Shown in pieces: positions 30,237 through 41,377 of a stretch of 64,000 nt of DNA; the first letter of the stretch is position 1; each line of letters opens with the position of its first letter. The DNA is taken from positions 64,001-128,000 of the IMG/VR virus record IMGVR_UViG_3300033463_000010; one strand, 5' to 3'. The DNA comes from a virus. Its lineage: Duplodnaviria; Caudoviricetes. A model generated the notes under the pieces. The model searched no databases and had not been told where the DNA came from. It worked only from the letters and a program-made list of their open reading frames with translations. Position numbers and translations under genes: made by a program.

Positions 30237-30273
30237 ATTACCTATTGACAACTATTAGGTAATTTGTTATATT
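30237..30273 (+). promoter_or_regulatory. Early promoter (inverted-repeat class)
   Basis: attaccta-TTGACA-actat-taggtaat...TATATT. Confidence 0.85.
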
Positions 30274-30309
30274 TACCACAGAACCACATAAAACCGAGGA
30301 TAGTTTCCT

Positions 30310-30657
30310 ATGTGCAAGTATTGTGAGAAGTCCACGGACTTCATTGTTGACCCGTCCTACTACGACGACCTTGAAGACAATCCGTCTATCACTCCCGAAG
30401 ACAGGCAGAAGATTACGGGCTGCTACCCGCTCATAAAGGACGGGGACCCTGGACCGCTGTTCAATCCTCCGCTAGGGACAATGCTCCGTCGTATGGGCAG
30501 CAGCGACGAAGACGGCAGACCCCTGGAAGAAAAGGACCGTGTTGTTTGGCTAGACGGTAACAAACTCTATGCAGAAACTAGCCGTCGTGAGTATGGCGAA
30601 CGCTGCGTTGAAATCAAGTTTTGCCCTATGTGTGGCAAGGAACTCAAAAAGGAATGA
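30310..30657 (+). CDS. MCxYC...KFCPMCG zinc-ribbon family protein
   Basis: N- and C-terminal CxxC pairs; paralogs elsewhere in the window. Confidence 0.7.
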   Translation: MCKYCEKSTDFIVDPSYYDDLEDNPSITPEDRQKITGCYPLIKDGDPGPLFNPPLGTMLRRMGSSDEDGRPLEEKDRVVWLDGNKLYAETSRREYGERCVEIKFCPMCGKELKKE

Positions 30658-30660
30658 CCT

Positions 30661-31408
30661 ATGACCGATAAATTTCAAAGAGTATCTACACTTAAAGAAG
30701 CGAAAGCCCTGGGTTGCTTAATTCAAAGATTCTACCTGGACCGCAAGCCCGACAAGAAGGGTCGTCTGCGTTACGTGTATCACTTCTGCACTGAAAAAGG
30801 AACACTCCTGGGAATATCAAAAATCGTCACGCAGAAAGCCTCGTCCCTTATTTGGCGTAACGACCGTGCATACTATCTAGGGACCGACGGGAAGCTGCAC
30901 GGGATTGTCCGTAGCCGTTAAAACCAGGTTCTTTCCGCAGCCCCTTATATTCACGCCTATTCACAAGGTTACTATGAAACTCACTACAAAGAAATTCTCA
31001 AAGGAAACGATTAAGAAATACACCGTCCAAAGCAAGTTACCGCTGTCAAGCCTACAGACTTTGGATTGGAACCCGAACCTTAACAAGACGCAGCGTAAGG
31101 CTGTCGTGAAAGAAGTCAAGCGTTTGTTGGCAGGCTCCGTCGTGTATTTTAGCGAAGCCCTGCTCCCCGACAAGACCACAGGCGTTGCCTACCTTACGCC
31201 CTTTAACGTATTTTGGCAGGGTAACAGCCTGTGCGTTTCGGGTGAGTTTATCTTTATCCATAAGGACAAAGCTGTGCTGTCCGTATTCAAGACCTGCGAA
31301 ACTAACTATGTCATTCCCGAAATCGTGGTCCACACGGTTACTTACCAGGACTTCACCGATATGCTAGGGAAGCGTTACAAGCAACTCACACCGAAGGCAA
31401 AGTTCTAA
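30661..31408 (+). other. Two hypothetical ORFs (30661..30921; 30974..31408)
   Basis: ORF track; the second is paralogous to 34266..34718. Confidence 0.6.
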
Positions 31409-31854
31409 TGGCTAAACGCACCTGGACCGACGAAGAAATCGCCCTGCTAGCACAGCACAAGGTCCCGCAGGGACGTTCCCTTAACGCTGCCCGCATTAAG
31501 GCGTGGGAGCTGCATATACCGTTCCGTCCGAACGACCCAAACGCAGAACCCACGGTCCCGCCACGGAACCCGATACAGGTCCCGACCTGGACCGACGACG
31601 ACCTGTCTATGCTTCAAGAAAAGGTGCTGCCCCCGAACCGAACATTGAGTGCTGCATACAGCAAGGCTAACCGTATGCACGTCCCGTTCAACCGAATCCG
31701 AAAGCAGAAGACCCCGCAGAAAGAAAAGGTGGCACTGCTCAAGGAACAGATAGTCCAGGAACTTAAAACCGAACACAGCATACGTTCAACCGCCCACAAG
31801 TTCGGATTGGCGTTCACGGCTGTCCGTAACATAGCCCAGGAACTTAAATCTTAA
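31408..31854 (+). CDS. Putative DNA-binding protein (two Myb/SANT-like WTDEE repeats plus C-terminal HTH)
   Basis: KRTWTDEEIALL..GRSLNAA and PTWTDDDLSML..NRTLSAA; SIRSTAHKFGLAFTAVRNI. Confidence 0.6.
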   Translation: MAKRTWTDEEIALLAQHKVPQGRSLNAARIKAWELHIPFRPNDPNAEPTVPPRNPIQVPTWTDDDLSMLQEKVLPPNRTLSAAYSKANRMHVPFNRIRKQKTPQKEKVALLKEQIVQELKTEHSIRSTAHKFGLAFTAVRNIAQELKS

Positions 31855-31866
31855 AGGAACCTATCA

Positions 31867-33365
31867 ATGCAATACACAGAAACAATCTCTATCCCGTGGC
31901 ACACCTTTGCGGACGAAAAGCCCCGTTCCAACAAGGATATTGTAGTTAAGCCTTACGGGGCTAATACGTTCTTTGCACCCAAAGACATTATTCACGCAGA
32001 GGATGTCCCCCAGGCACTTATGACGCACAATAAATACGACGTATGGGCGTATGCGGACGAAATCAAGACCCTGCAAACCGATGGCAGAATCCTGCCCGAT
32101 ACGGGTGACTTTATCACCAGGGACAACGTAAGCTATTTTGCGGTCATTTCGGTGTCCGACTACATTTTTGATTACGACCCCGACAATTACTATGAAAATG
32201 TTATTGCCGAAGTCACGCTGAAAGACGGAACCAAAATCCCGTTTGACGTTCCCGTGTTCAAGGACCCGAAAGAAATTTGTCACCCGCACACGCTGTTCTA
32301 TAACGGGAACCGTTATGTCATTGACATTATGCCGAACAACGACGACCCGACCCACAAAGACAATTACAGGGCGGTAATCCGTCGCTGCAACGGACCCGAA
32401 TCCCCTGTGTTCGTTTACGGGGAAGTGTTAGCGTTCTATCAAGAGAAGTAGCCTATGCCTAGAATTACCGAAACAATCACGATTACCTGGCACCGCTTTG
32501 CCGAAGAAAAGCCCGAATACCGCAGGGACCTGTGGGTTATTCCCGAAGACGCAACGAAACACAACTACATAAAGGCTGTGTTCCTGGAAGACAATATCGT
32601 TTACCCGATGGTGGATTTGGACCCTATCTTTCCGACGAAGCAACAGAAACTTCTTTGGACATACAAGGACCAAATCATTTATGACCGAAAACCCGAACGC
32701 AGCCCCGCACCTTTGCAGAAGCCTTATGATACCCGCCTGTTGGAGCTGCTGCATACGCTCCCCCAGGAAACCCAGGACAAGTTCCTAGTCATAGCCACCA
32801 ACTATGCCGACCGATACTGCGAAGAATACGACATACACCTGGAAGAATTTAGGCGTATCGGCTACCTGCGACAGTTGAGCAAGCAAGTGTATTGTGCGTT
32901 GAACACGAAGTTATACTACGACAAGAACCACGACCCCCAGGAAGTAAAGGACATTTTTGAAATTGCCAACTACTTCCACTCAAAGTTTACCTGGCTGCTC
33001 AACGATAACATTATGCAGCGTTCCAAAGGATTGAACGCCCCGTTGGAGGAAATTCCGCTATGAAACGAAAGACACCTAAAACCATAGACGCAGAGACCCT
33101 GGTGTTAAGTCCGCTATCCACTTTCACGTTCAACCGCAGCGGGCGATACCTTGTAGCCCTGGGCGAAATACTGCCCCCGCCCTGTTCGTCCGTGTATCAC
33201 CCCGACCAACAGGGCGAAGTCAATACGACGGGCGGTCTGTGGGAAGCCTGGTATGACGCAGAAAGCCCCTGCTCTATCCGTATCGTGTCAAACCCGAAAG
33301 AACTCACGCCTATAACCAACGTGACCGCCTGGGCGTTCCTGGGAACTTCCAGGAAGCCCGAATAG
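31867..33365 (+). other. Hypothetical ORFs 31867..32451 and 32455..33063 (WxxFxxEKP, DUF551-like N-termini), and 33060..33365
   Basis: Shared TETIxIxWHxFAxEKP motif. Confidence 0.65.
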
Positions 33366-33535
33366 GAAAAACAGTAATATATTACCATTTTTCGTCACAC
33401 GGGTTTTTGCCCGACCAAACCCGAAATGTGCAGAAAAACTGCACATATTTGGCTTTGGTCCCCCGATTTTCGGCTGTTCAAGTAAAAATACAGGTCATTC
33501 CGCAGCTATCTAAAAATCTTGAAAATTTTTTTTGA

Positions 33536-33572
33536 AATACCTATTGACAAAGATTAGGTAATCTGTTATATT
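33536..33572 (+). promoter_or_regulatory. Early promoter (inverted-repeat class)
   Basis: aataccta-TTGACA-aagat-taggtaat...TATATT. Confidence 0.85.
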
Positions 33573-33603
33573 TAATGCAGAGCCACTTAAAACCGAGGAA
33601 TTT

Positions 33604-36600
33604 ATGATTAGCATTATCAAAGCAGACCGTGAGAACTATTCGTTCCTGCTCAAAGTCGTCCATCACAACCCCGACCAACTTTATGAAATAGCCGAAGCTA
33701 TTATGGCTGAAGGTAGCAGTAGCGTGTATGAATGCGGGGATTATTGGGTAGTCATTCCTAACGATGACTATACCACCTTTGACAAAATGTCCGCTGTAAT
33801 CCACGGTCTTATGGACAAATATAATGACAAGGCTCCTGCTGTCAATGAAGATTGGCACTACAAGTTTGAAGACTTGAATCCCGTGTTTGCTTCCGAAATC
33901 CAGGGCGGTATGGACCCGAACGACGAATACTACCCCCGTCAGCAGGTGGACGCTGCCATTTGCGAATTGGACGCACACCGCCTGTGCTTTGACACCGACC
34001 GCAAGTATTATACGGAGCAATACGATAACGCCCGCAAGCGTTGGATGGATTACGAAAACCGCCTGCTGCACAGCAATTACAGGCGTAGCTGCCGTATCGT
34101 CAAGGATTGTCGCAGGAAACTGTTGGAATGGAAGAACCTCTGCACCATTTTCAGCGACCCGAAGGCTCTTGAAGTAGCCAAAGCCAAAGTAGCCCTGTGG
34201 ACCAAATGGGAAGCCCGTTGGGTTGAAATTTCTCACCGTTACATTTGCTTCTAAAGGAACCCGTTATGAACCAATTCAAGTTTTCCGACGAAATCCTGGC
34301 TACCTGCACGACCCAGGAAGAATCCCTGTTCCATATTAACCCGAAACTGTCCTGGCGTGAAGACCTTACCCAAAAGCAGAAGCGTCAAATCGTCAACGCT
34401 GTAAAGACGTTCGCAAAGGACTACGTGTTCTATCAGCGACATATTAGCAGCGTGAATATGAACTGCGACGCATTCTACAAACTCAAATCCCTGTCCTGGT
34501 CAAAGGATTACCCCGACCAACTGTGGGCTGAATTTGACATTGTGAACGTGCATAAGGACCGTGAGGGCTTCACGATTACCTATGAATCCGACCACGACCT
34601 CATTGACCCGAACCCGTTCCTGGGTAAGCCCGTCCCGCTCGCCCAATACAAAAAGACCCTGTTCAACCTGTTCAACTGCATTTCCCGCAAGACCCTGGGA
34701 AAGAACGTCTGCTTCTAAAAGGAAAGCCCTATGCTACCCGAAATCGGAACCATTGAAATCGCTGACTGCCTGGTGTATGACCCCGACTCTGTTGAGGATT
34801 ACGTCGCCAAACTTCAAGCCACTATCGCAGACCTCCAGGCGAAGCTAGACGAACGTGACAGCCGTTATGTTATCCTGCGTAGCGACGGCTTCTACCTTAT
34901 GAGCCTTCGTCCTACGGGGTGGGGTCGTGGGAACTCGCAGACCTGGACCCGAAAGATTGAAGACGCTGCCCCGTGCCCTTACGAAGAAGCCCAATCCGTC
35001 CTGGCGTTCCTTGACGAAATCCGTATGCCCCTGGACGGCTCCACGTTCCAGGCTGTAAAGGTCCTGCCGAAAGATAAACCAAACCCGCCCCTGTCGGTCC
35101 CGACCGTGGGCGTAGAACCTATCCACAAACCACTTTAAGGAACCCAAACCTATGTCCGATACAAGAGAAAACGTAATCGTAATTAGACCCAAAGCGGAAC
35201 GTCCCGTTGACCCCTGGGTTATCCGTATGGACCGCATTTCCGCATACCACCCTAGCATTGACCCCGACACAAAGGACCGCTTCCTGGGACTCCTGGTTGA
35301 CGGTCAGTTACTCCGTTTCAACGAAAGCAACCACGAAGCCCTGTTGGTTGACAACGACAACCACAAGTGGGCGGTCGTCCCCTGGGACCAGGCTCATATC
35401 GCTATCCTGGGGCAGCTCGCAGACCAACGCTTCTACACCGAAATCGCAGTGCAGGACGCATTAAAGGAACAGCACAAATGAACTCTATCACCGTTACGGG
35501 CATTCTGCTCATTGTCGTCGGGCTTTACGCCTACGTCCGTGGCATAGCTATGGGCAAGCCTATCGTCAAGCGAAACACGTTCCTTGAAATCGGGGCTATG
35601 CTTGTAGGGGTCGCAGGCTTCTACGCTTTCGCCCTGGGCTTCTTTTTCATTCTCTTGCAACTCCAATAAAGGGGGACGCATTACCTATGTGCGAATTTTG
35701 TAATCCTACTGAAAAGCTAAATCAAAAGCCGATAGTCACGATAGCGGATGCAGCCGAACAGGAACCGTGTTGCAGTCGCTACGGGTATATCGTCACAAAC
35801 GAAGGTCTGCTGTTCGTTCTTCACGGGGAACACGTAATGTCGGCATTACCCGCCAAGTTCTGCCCAATGTGCGGGGAAAAACTAGGGGTATGGCAAAATT
35901 CAAAGAAGGAAACAAACTATGTCCGAAAACCATTGGAAATCCTTTAACCATTCCCTGCCCGAAGACGGAATACCTATTCGGGTAAAGGAATCTCCCGCCA
36001 AAACGCCTATTCTTATGATACGGCACGGGAAAACCCTAAAATACCAAATCCAACCCGACGACCCCTGGCAGGGTGTGGGCGTGTTCACGGAATATGTCTT
36101 CTCGCACTGCGTATGGTGCTACGACTCCCAATACACGCCCGAACCACTACGGGACAACAACCCGCCCATATTCCCGCAGGAACACTTCCTAAAATGGGTC
36201 ACAATCCACCGTCCGCAGACGTATAACGAACTGCTCCGTGAATACAACGACTTCTGCAAGGACAACCCCGAACAGGCTAACAATTTATAAAAGGAAACAA
36301 CCACCTATGAACGAAAAGACCAAACAATCCCTGGACACCGCCAAAGCCGAAAAAGGCTCTCTCATTTCCAAAAAGGACTTCGTGAACGTAATCAAGGACG
36401 TGTTCTCGCCCAAAGACCCGCTCCCGAAATCCGAACCCGCCCCCGAAGAATTTGACAACCCCTACCTCGGCTACGAAATCCGTCAATCGCAAAGGCGTTT
36501 TGACGCTAACCCGTTTAGGGTCCTGCTCCAATGGTTCGGTGCCGACGAAGAAAACGGCTACGTCGTCCTGTTCAACCACCTGTTCGGGAACGGTGGCACT

Positions 36601-37246
36601 GCAAAGGACTTGAAAGACATTCTCAAGAAAGTCCACAAGGAACAGGAATACTTCCTGGTGGGCATACCCGAAAATTTCTAAAAGGACAACCCACGCCTAT
36701 GCCCCTGTTTATTTCCAAGCAAGCCGAACGGGACTACTACACGCTCCGTCGCACGATGGACCTGGCACAGTTCAAGAACGACCGCCCCCTTATTGATTGG
36801 TGCGAGCGGTTCCTTGCACTGTTCCGTCCCGTCCGTGAAATCCGAACAGCCCTGCTGCTCCCGCACCACCGCAAATTGGACTTTGAAGACCTAATCCCGA
36901 AGCAGCCCCCGCTAATCACGAACGCTGCGTGGCTGCTCCCCGAAGACTTCAAGAAAAAGTATTGGAAGACCTACCCGACCAAACGCTAGAGGAACCCCCT
37001 ATGTCACCCGAAACCGTAATCCCCTTAATCATTATCGTCTGCGTAATCCTGGCGTTCGCCCTATACAGCCGTGAGCTGCACAGGCAAATCGCCCGCCAAA
37101 AATACATACGCTGCATTTACAGGTTCAAGGTCTATGCACTGCTCACGTCCCTGCGTGACGACGTGTATTCAAAGACCTACTCCCGCTATTGCAGGCGTAT
37201 GGAAAAATGGCTCTCGCTCGCCAAACAATACCGCTCCAAAATGTAA
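33604..37246 (+). other. Cluster of hypothetical early ORFs (33604..34254, 34266..34718, 34731..35138, 35152..35481, 35687..35947 zinc ribbon, 35919..36290, 36307..36681 and others)
   Basis: Co-oriented, packed ORFs with AAGGA RBSs. Confidence 0.7.
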
Positions 37247-37299
37247 CCGATAGGGCGTTTCCGTCCCGCAACCCCGAATACATCTGTAAAAATTTTATG

Positions 37300-37336
37300 A
37301 ATACCTGTTGACAATACGCAGGTATTTTCTTATATT
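37300..37336 (+). promoter_or_regulatory. Early promoter (inverted-repeat class)
   Basis: aatacctg-TTGACA-atacg-caggtatt...TATATT. Confidence 0.85.
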
Positions 37337-37627
37337 ATGCCCAGGAACACAACCACAGCCGAGGAAACCCCCTATGAAAAAAACCGTATTGGCAAATCAC
37401 CGTTGACAACCCACGCTTCGGAACGTCTAGTGGCGAACTCGCAGAAACCCGTGAAAAGGCTCTCGCCAAATTCTTCGCTGCCGTAAAGGAACAGACCCCC
37501 GACCAAACCGTTCGCCTATACGAAGTGGGCGAATGCGGTTTCGTCCGTCCCGAATACACAGTCACCCGAAAATAACCTATATTTCCTACCGTATATTCCC
37601 CAACTATTTCCAAAGAGGAAACACCCT

Positions 37628-38014
37628 ATGCCCTACAAATTCAAAATCAAGACCCACGAAGCCCGATACAACAGCGATGCCGACCTGTTTGACCAACTCT
37701 ACGCCCAAAGCCAGGAACTCCGCAAATGGCGTAAAGGCGAACTCCCGTTCAAGAAAGCCACGGGTGCCATTATCAAGGCTCTCTCACGTCGTATCGGTCC
37801 CCGAACCGCACACACCGCTTTCAAGAGCCGTGGCGTGAAAGACAGCTACGACTACCTTATGGCTAACTGTATGGCTGAATACGCTGCCGTCGCCTGCCTG
37901 GACAAAGGCGAAGACTTTATCAAGTCCTTCCTGGACGACAAGTCCCAAACACTCCCGAACGACGTGTGGGACAAGGCTGCAAAGCAGTGGATTGACGACG
38001 CAAAGGACCTGTAA
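37628..38014 (+). CDS. Putative internal head protein with MPYKFKIKTHE leader
   Basis: GAGGA RBS; AATAACCTATATTT at 37571; leader motif. Confidence 0.6.
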   Translation: MPYKFKIKTHEARYNSDADLFDQLYAQSQELRKWRKGELPFKKATGAIIKALSRRIGPRTAHTAFKSRGVKDSYDYLMANCMAEYAAVACLDKGEDFIKSFLDDKSQTLPNDVWDKAAKQWIDDAKDL

Positions 38015-38123
38015 CACATTCAACACAAAACCCCGCCCTACACAGGCATTACCCGAAGCCCCCGCCACACACAGGCAGGGGCTTCTGTCATACAATCCCC
38101 GCCAAAAACTTTGCAGGTTGCTA

Positions 38124-38152
38124 TTGACAGCTACTAGATAATTTGTTATATT
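38124..38152 (+). promoter_or_regulatory. Early promoter
   Basis: TTGACA-17-TATATT. Confidence 0.8.
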
Positions 38153-38188
38153 ACAGGTATCAACCACCCCAAACCGAGGATATACCCT

Positions 38189-38863
38189 ATGACCCAAAAC
38201 CCCGTGGACGCTCGCATTCTGCACGAAAAGGCACTGAAAACCGCTAGTGCCCTCAAATACGTCGTAGTCCCCCTGGCGGGCAACACCCCACGCCCCGCCA
38301 CTTCCATTCAACCCACCGACGACGCTGCCGACATAGCATTCGGACCCACACCCTGCGTCTTCACCCTGCCGACAGCATACGAACTCGTCCGAAACTTGAA
38401 AGCGACCAGGGGGTTGGTCTGCACCTGTATAACAGAAGTGCAGTTCCACGAACTAGCCTTGAAATCCTACGCAGACACCACATATACGGAGTAAAACAAT
38501 ATGGCACAATCCCCGCTCCCATACACTTTCCGAACCCAAACCATAACCCTTATCCCCATAGAATACTTCAACGTCTGCTGCGACGGGCGTTACCTCGTCT
38601 TGTTCAACGGCTCCATACACGAAGCCCGATACACCCATTCCGAAACAGCGTTCCGTCTGCTCAAGGACCCCGACAGCCCCATACCGCCCTGGAAAATCAC
38701 AGCCTACGCTTTCCTGGGCACAACCCTTAAAACACAGCCCCGCCACAAGTCCAGGCAGGGGCTTTGTCATACAAACACCCCGCACACAAAAACGACACAC
38801 GAACAAAAATCCCCAAAATCCCATAAACCTACAACAACACCAATACAGGCAACGCACATATAG
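38189..38863 (+). other. Hypothetical ORFs 38189..38494 and 38501..38863 (paralog of 33060..33365)
   Basis: GRYLV...EAxY...(V/I)TA(W/Y)AFLGT shared. Confidence 0.6.
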
Positions 38864-39427
38864 CCAATACCTTACACGCCAATACACACCTATACGCATA
38901 CGCCCTATACCACATACGTGACTCTCACGCATTAGCCCTATACTCGCACACTCCCCCTATATCACCCATACGCACCTGTGTTACTCACTATCCCCTGGCT
39001 CACTATCCCCTGGCTCCACATTCTACCCTAGCTGCTCGCCTGTGCCCCTATACGGAAGCCCGTCCGCTACCCCTGGTCCGTCACCTTTCTATGACACCTG
39101 TCACCGTTTTATGACACGTCCCCTGGCTCTTATTCGGCTCTTGCGGACCCGCTTACCGTCACGCAGCACCCCCGCTGCTCCCGCTTACAGAGGGGCGGGT
39201 GGGGCAATTATGTCAATTAGCAGAACTATATCAATTATATCAATTAGCATAATCCAAAAGAATAATCTATATTGTTGGCGTAAGGTAAAGTGTTATATAG
39301 ACCTAAAAACCCCCGCCCCCGAAGCCCTGCTGTCGGAGCGGACAAGTTAAGCACCCCTGTTCGGGTGAGTCCATACAACTTAACGTGTATGGCATAGGAC
39401 CCGTGCATACAAATGAATTGACAATAT

Positions 39428-39736
39428 ATGACAAATCAAATTAGCACCACGGACCTGCTCGCACTCGCACTTGTGCGTAGCGGTCTGCACACGCTCCCGC
39501 TTGAAAGCATACACCGCTACGGCTTACGGCTTGTCACGAAGTTGGGACAGGACACGGGCGAACGTTGGACGCTTCTGTGGGGACGACGTTACCTGGAAGC
39601 CGTGACAGCCCTGTTCGTGCAGGTGGACGACGAAGTAGCCGAACTGCAAGTGGACACGGATTCCCTGGGCAAAGTGTTGGACGGGATAGACGGAAAGGTG
39701 ATTAGTGCAGCGGAGGAATTGGAATGGGTGGAATGA
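39428..39736 (+). CDS. Hypothetical protein
   Basis: ORF track. Confidence 0.55.
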   Translation: MTNQISTTDLLALALVRSGLHTLPLESIHRYGLRLVTKLGQDTGERWTLLWGRRYLEAVTALFVQVDDEVAELQVDTDSLGKVLDGIDGKVISAAEELEWVE

Positions 39737-40144
39737 TTACGATAGCGTTCGTGGCAGCTTTCCTTTATGCGGGGAAGCGACTGTTCAGCGTCAAGGATTG
39801 GGGCGAGCAGCCCAGGACCCGCACACGCATAAACGGTGTGGACGTTGGGGCGTATAAGCGTTTCCACGAAAAGCACCAGGGACCAGGAACGAAGTTCCAG
39901 CCCGTCCCGAAGTAACGCTGTGCTTTCCTGCACAGACTGACTTGCTACGGCAAGCCTGGGCACCCCTGCTAGTGGGGGGGGTGCCCTAATCGTATGCGTG
40001 GAGCGTGTATTAGCGTTTTGTTCGGTGTGCTAATACATAGCATAGTGATGTGATAGCATCTTGACTTTAATGCTAATTGACATAGGCAGCGTGTATTAGT
40101 ATATTTTCAGTAGTGCTAATTCACTTTAACCATAGAGGTTTATT

Positions 40145-40480
40145 ATGGGCAGAACATCCCCGTCGCAGAAGTATGCTGCGATTTCGTCAAGAATAGCCGA
40201 GGGCATTACGATACTTTACCCTAGTGATGTTCAATTCTATTTGAACTACTGCAATAAGAATGGGATTACGCCCATTCCCGTGACAGAAGACCCCAACGCT
40301 ACGCCTGTCCGTGAAAATGTAAACAGGGTAAGATACACGGATATTATGGACCGTCTAAATAGAGGGCGTAGTATAGACGCTGTGGATTATCAGTTCTTGA
40401 AGCGGTATTGCAAGCGTATGGGCTTGGAATTACCCGTAGTGGAATCCCGTATGCAATTTTGGTTAAAGAAGGGGGATTAG
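40145..40480 (+). CDS. Hypothetical protein with internal repeat (QFYLNYC / QFLKRYC)
   Basis: GAGG RBS; ORF track. Confidence 0.6.
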   Translation: MGRTSPSQKYAAISSRIAEGITILYPSDVQFYLNYCNKNGITPIPVTEDPNATPVRENVNRVRYTDIMDRLNRGRSIDAVDYQFLKRYCKRMGLELPVVESRMQFWLKKGD

Positions 40481-40481
40481 T

Positions 40482-40856
40482 ATGGTTAGGACAAGAAAGG
40501 CTTACAGCGAGCTATCGGACAGGGCAAAGCGTCGCCAATGTTTTAGAGGTTCTGTTGCGTGGAAAACATTAAAGGGACAAATAGCCCATTTGCAGAATAA
40601 TAAATGTTTCGTTTCGGGCAGACCACTTACGAACAGGGCGAACTTGCACCATTTGGATTTGGACCCCGAACATTACGAATACGTGGAGGATGCGTCACGG
40701 TTTGTTTACCTATCTGCGGACATACACGATGCAGTTCACACGCTGTTCAAGTGCCCTGTTGGGTGGAAGAAAGCCCTGGAAAATTTGGCTGTGGTTCTAC
40801 AGCGTATGGACGAATTGAACGGGCTAGTGGACGGGAAGCCCGTAAAAGAAAAATAG
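40482..40856 (+). CDS. Small HNH endonuclease
   Basis: W..LK.......CFVSG..L...LHH..........FVYL...H...H pattern. Confidence 0.7.
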   Translation: MVRTRKAYSELSDRAKRRQCFRGSVAWKTLKGQIAHLQNNKCFVSGRPLTNRANLHHLDLDPEHYEYVEDASRFVYLSADIHDAVHTLFKCPVGWKKALENLAVVLQRMDELNGLVDGKPVKEK

Positions 40857-40866
40857 GTGGAGCATT

Positions 40867-40893
40867 AAAAGGATAGCCAGGGGCTATCCTTTT
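40867..40893 (+). terminator. Bidirectional intrinsic terminator
   Basis: aaaaggatagcc-agg-ggctatcctttt. Confidence 0.75.
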
Positions 40894-40904
40894 AGTTTCA
40901 CAGG

Positions 40905-40945
40905 CAAATTTATTATCATTTACATAGTAAATGATAATAAATTTG
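40905..40945. repeat. Perfect 19-bp AT-rich inverted repeat (3-nt loop)
   Basis: caaatttattatcatttac-ata-gtaaatgataataaatttg. Confidence 0.9.
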
Positions 40946-41002
40946 GTCCCCTTTGGCAAGGGTCCCTTTTGTTACTTTTTGTTTACATTTCGCTACCGTA
41001 AG

Positions 41003-41230
41003 AAAAGCACCGCCAGGACTATATGGCGAATCCTGGCGGTGCCCCTGGGCGAACGTGATTAGCTACTCACGACCGCCCGTGTGTTTGGGCGTGTGACCGC
41101 CCCTGCTCGCCCGCTGTAAAACAGCGTTCGCCACCGCTTACGTTCGGTCAGTATGATTTGAGCGTCACTGCCCGTATAGTGGGCAGGATAGGCTTACCTG
41201 GGTTACGGTCCCTACGTCTAGGGAATCTAT
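41003..41230 (-). ncRNA. Candidate multi-stem ncRNA ending in a terminator
   Basis: gcaccgccagga/tcctggcggtgc hairpin with U tail on the minus strand; ggcgaacg/cgttcgcc enclosing further hairpins. Confidence 0.4.
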
Positions 41231-41234
41231 ATGA

Positions 41235-41270
41235 AAATATAGTAAAATCTACGGAGATTTTACTATATTT
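41235..41270. repeat. Perfect 16-bp inverted repeat containing CTATATTT on both strands
   Basis: aaatatagtaaaatct-acgg-agattttactatattt. Confidence 0.9.
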
Positions 41271-41377
41271 ATCTATGTAGTATTCAAGATAAGCAGTTAG
41301 TGGTATTTCTGTTAATCTTATACCTTTGATGCTCACAGTTGCGTTAAATACCACAATAGACGTGACTGTGGGCATTT

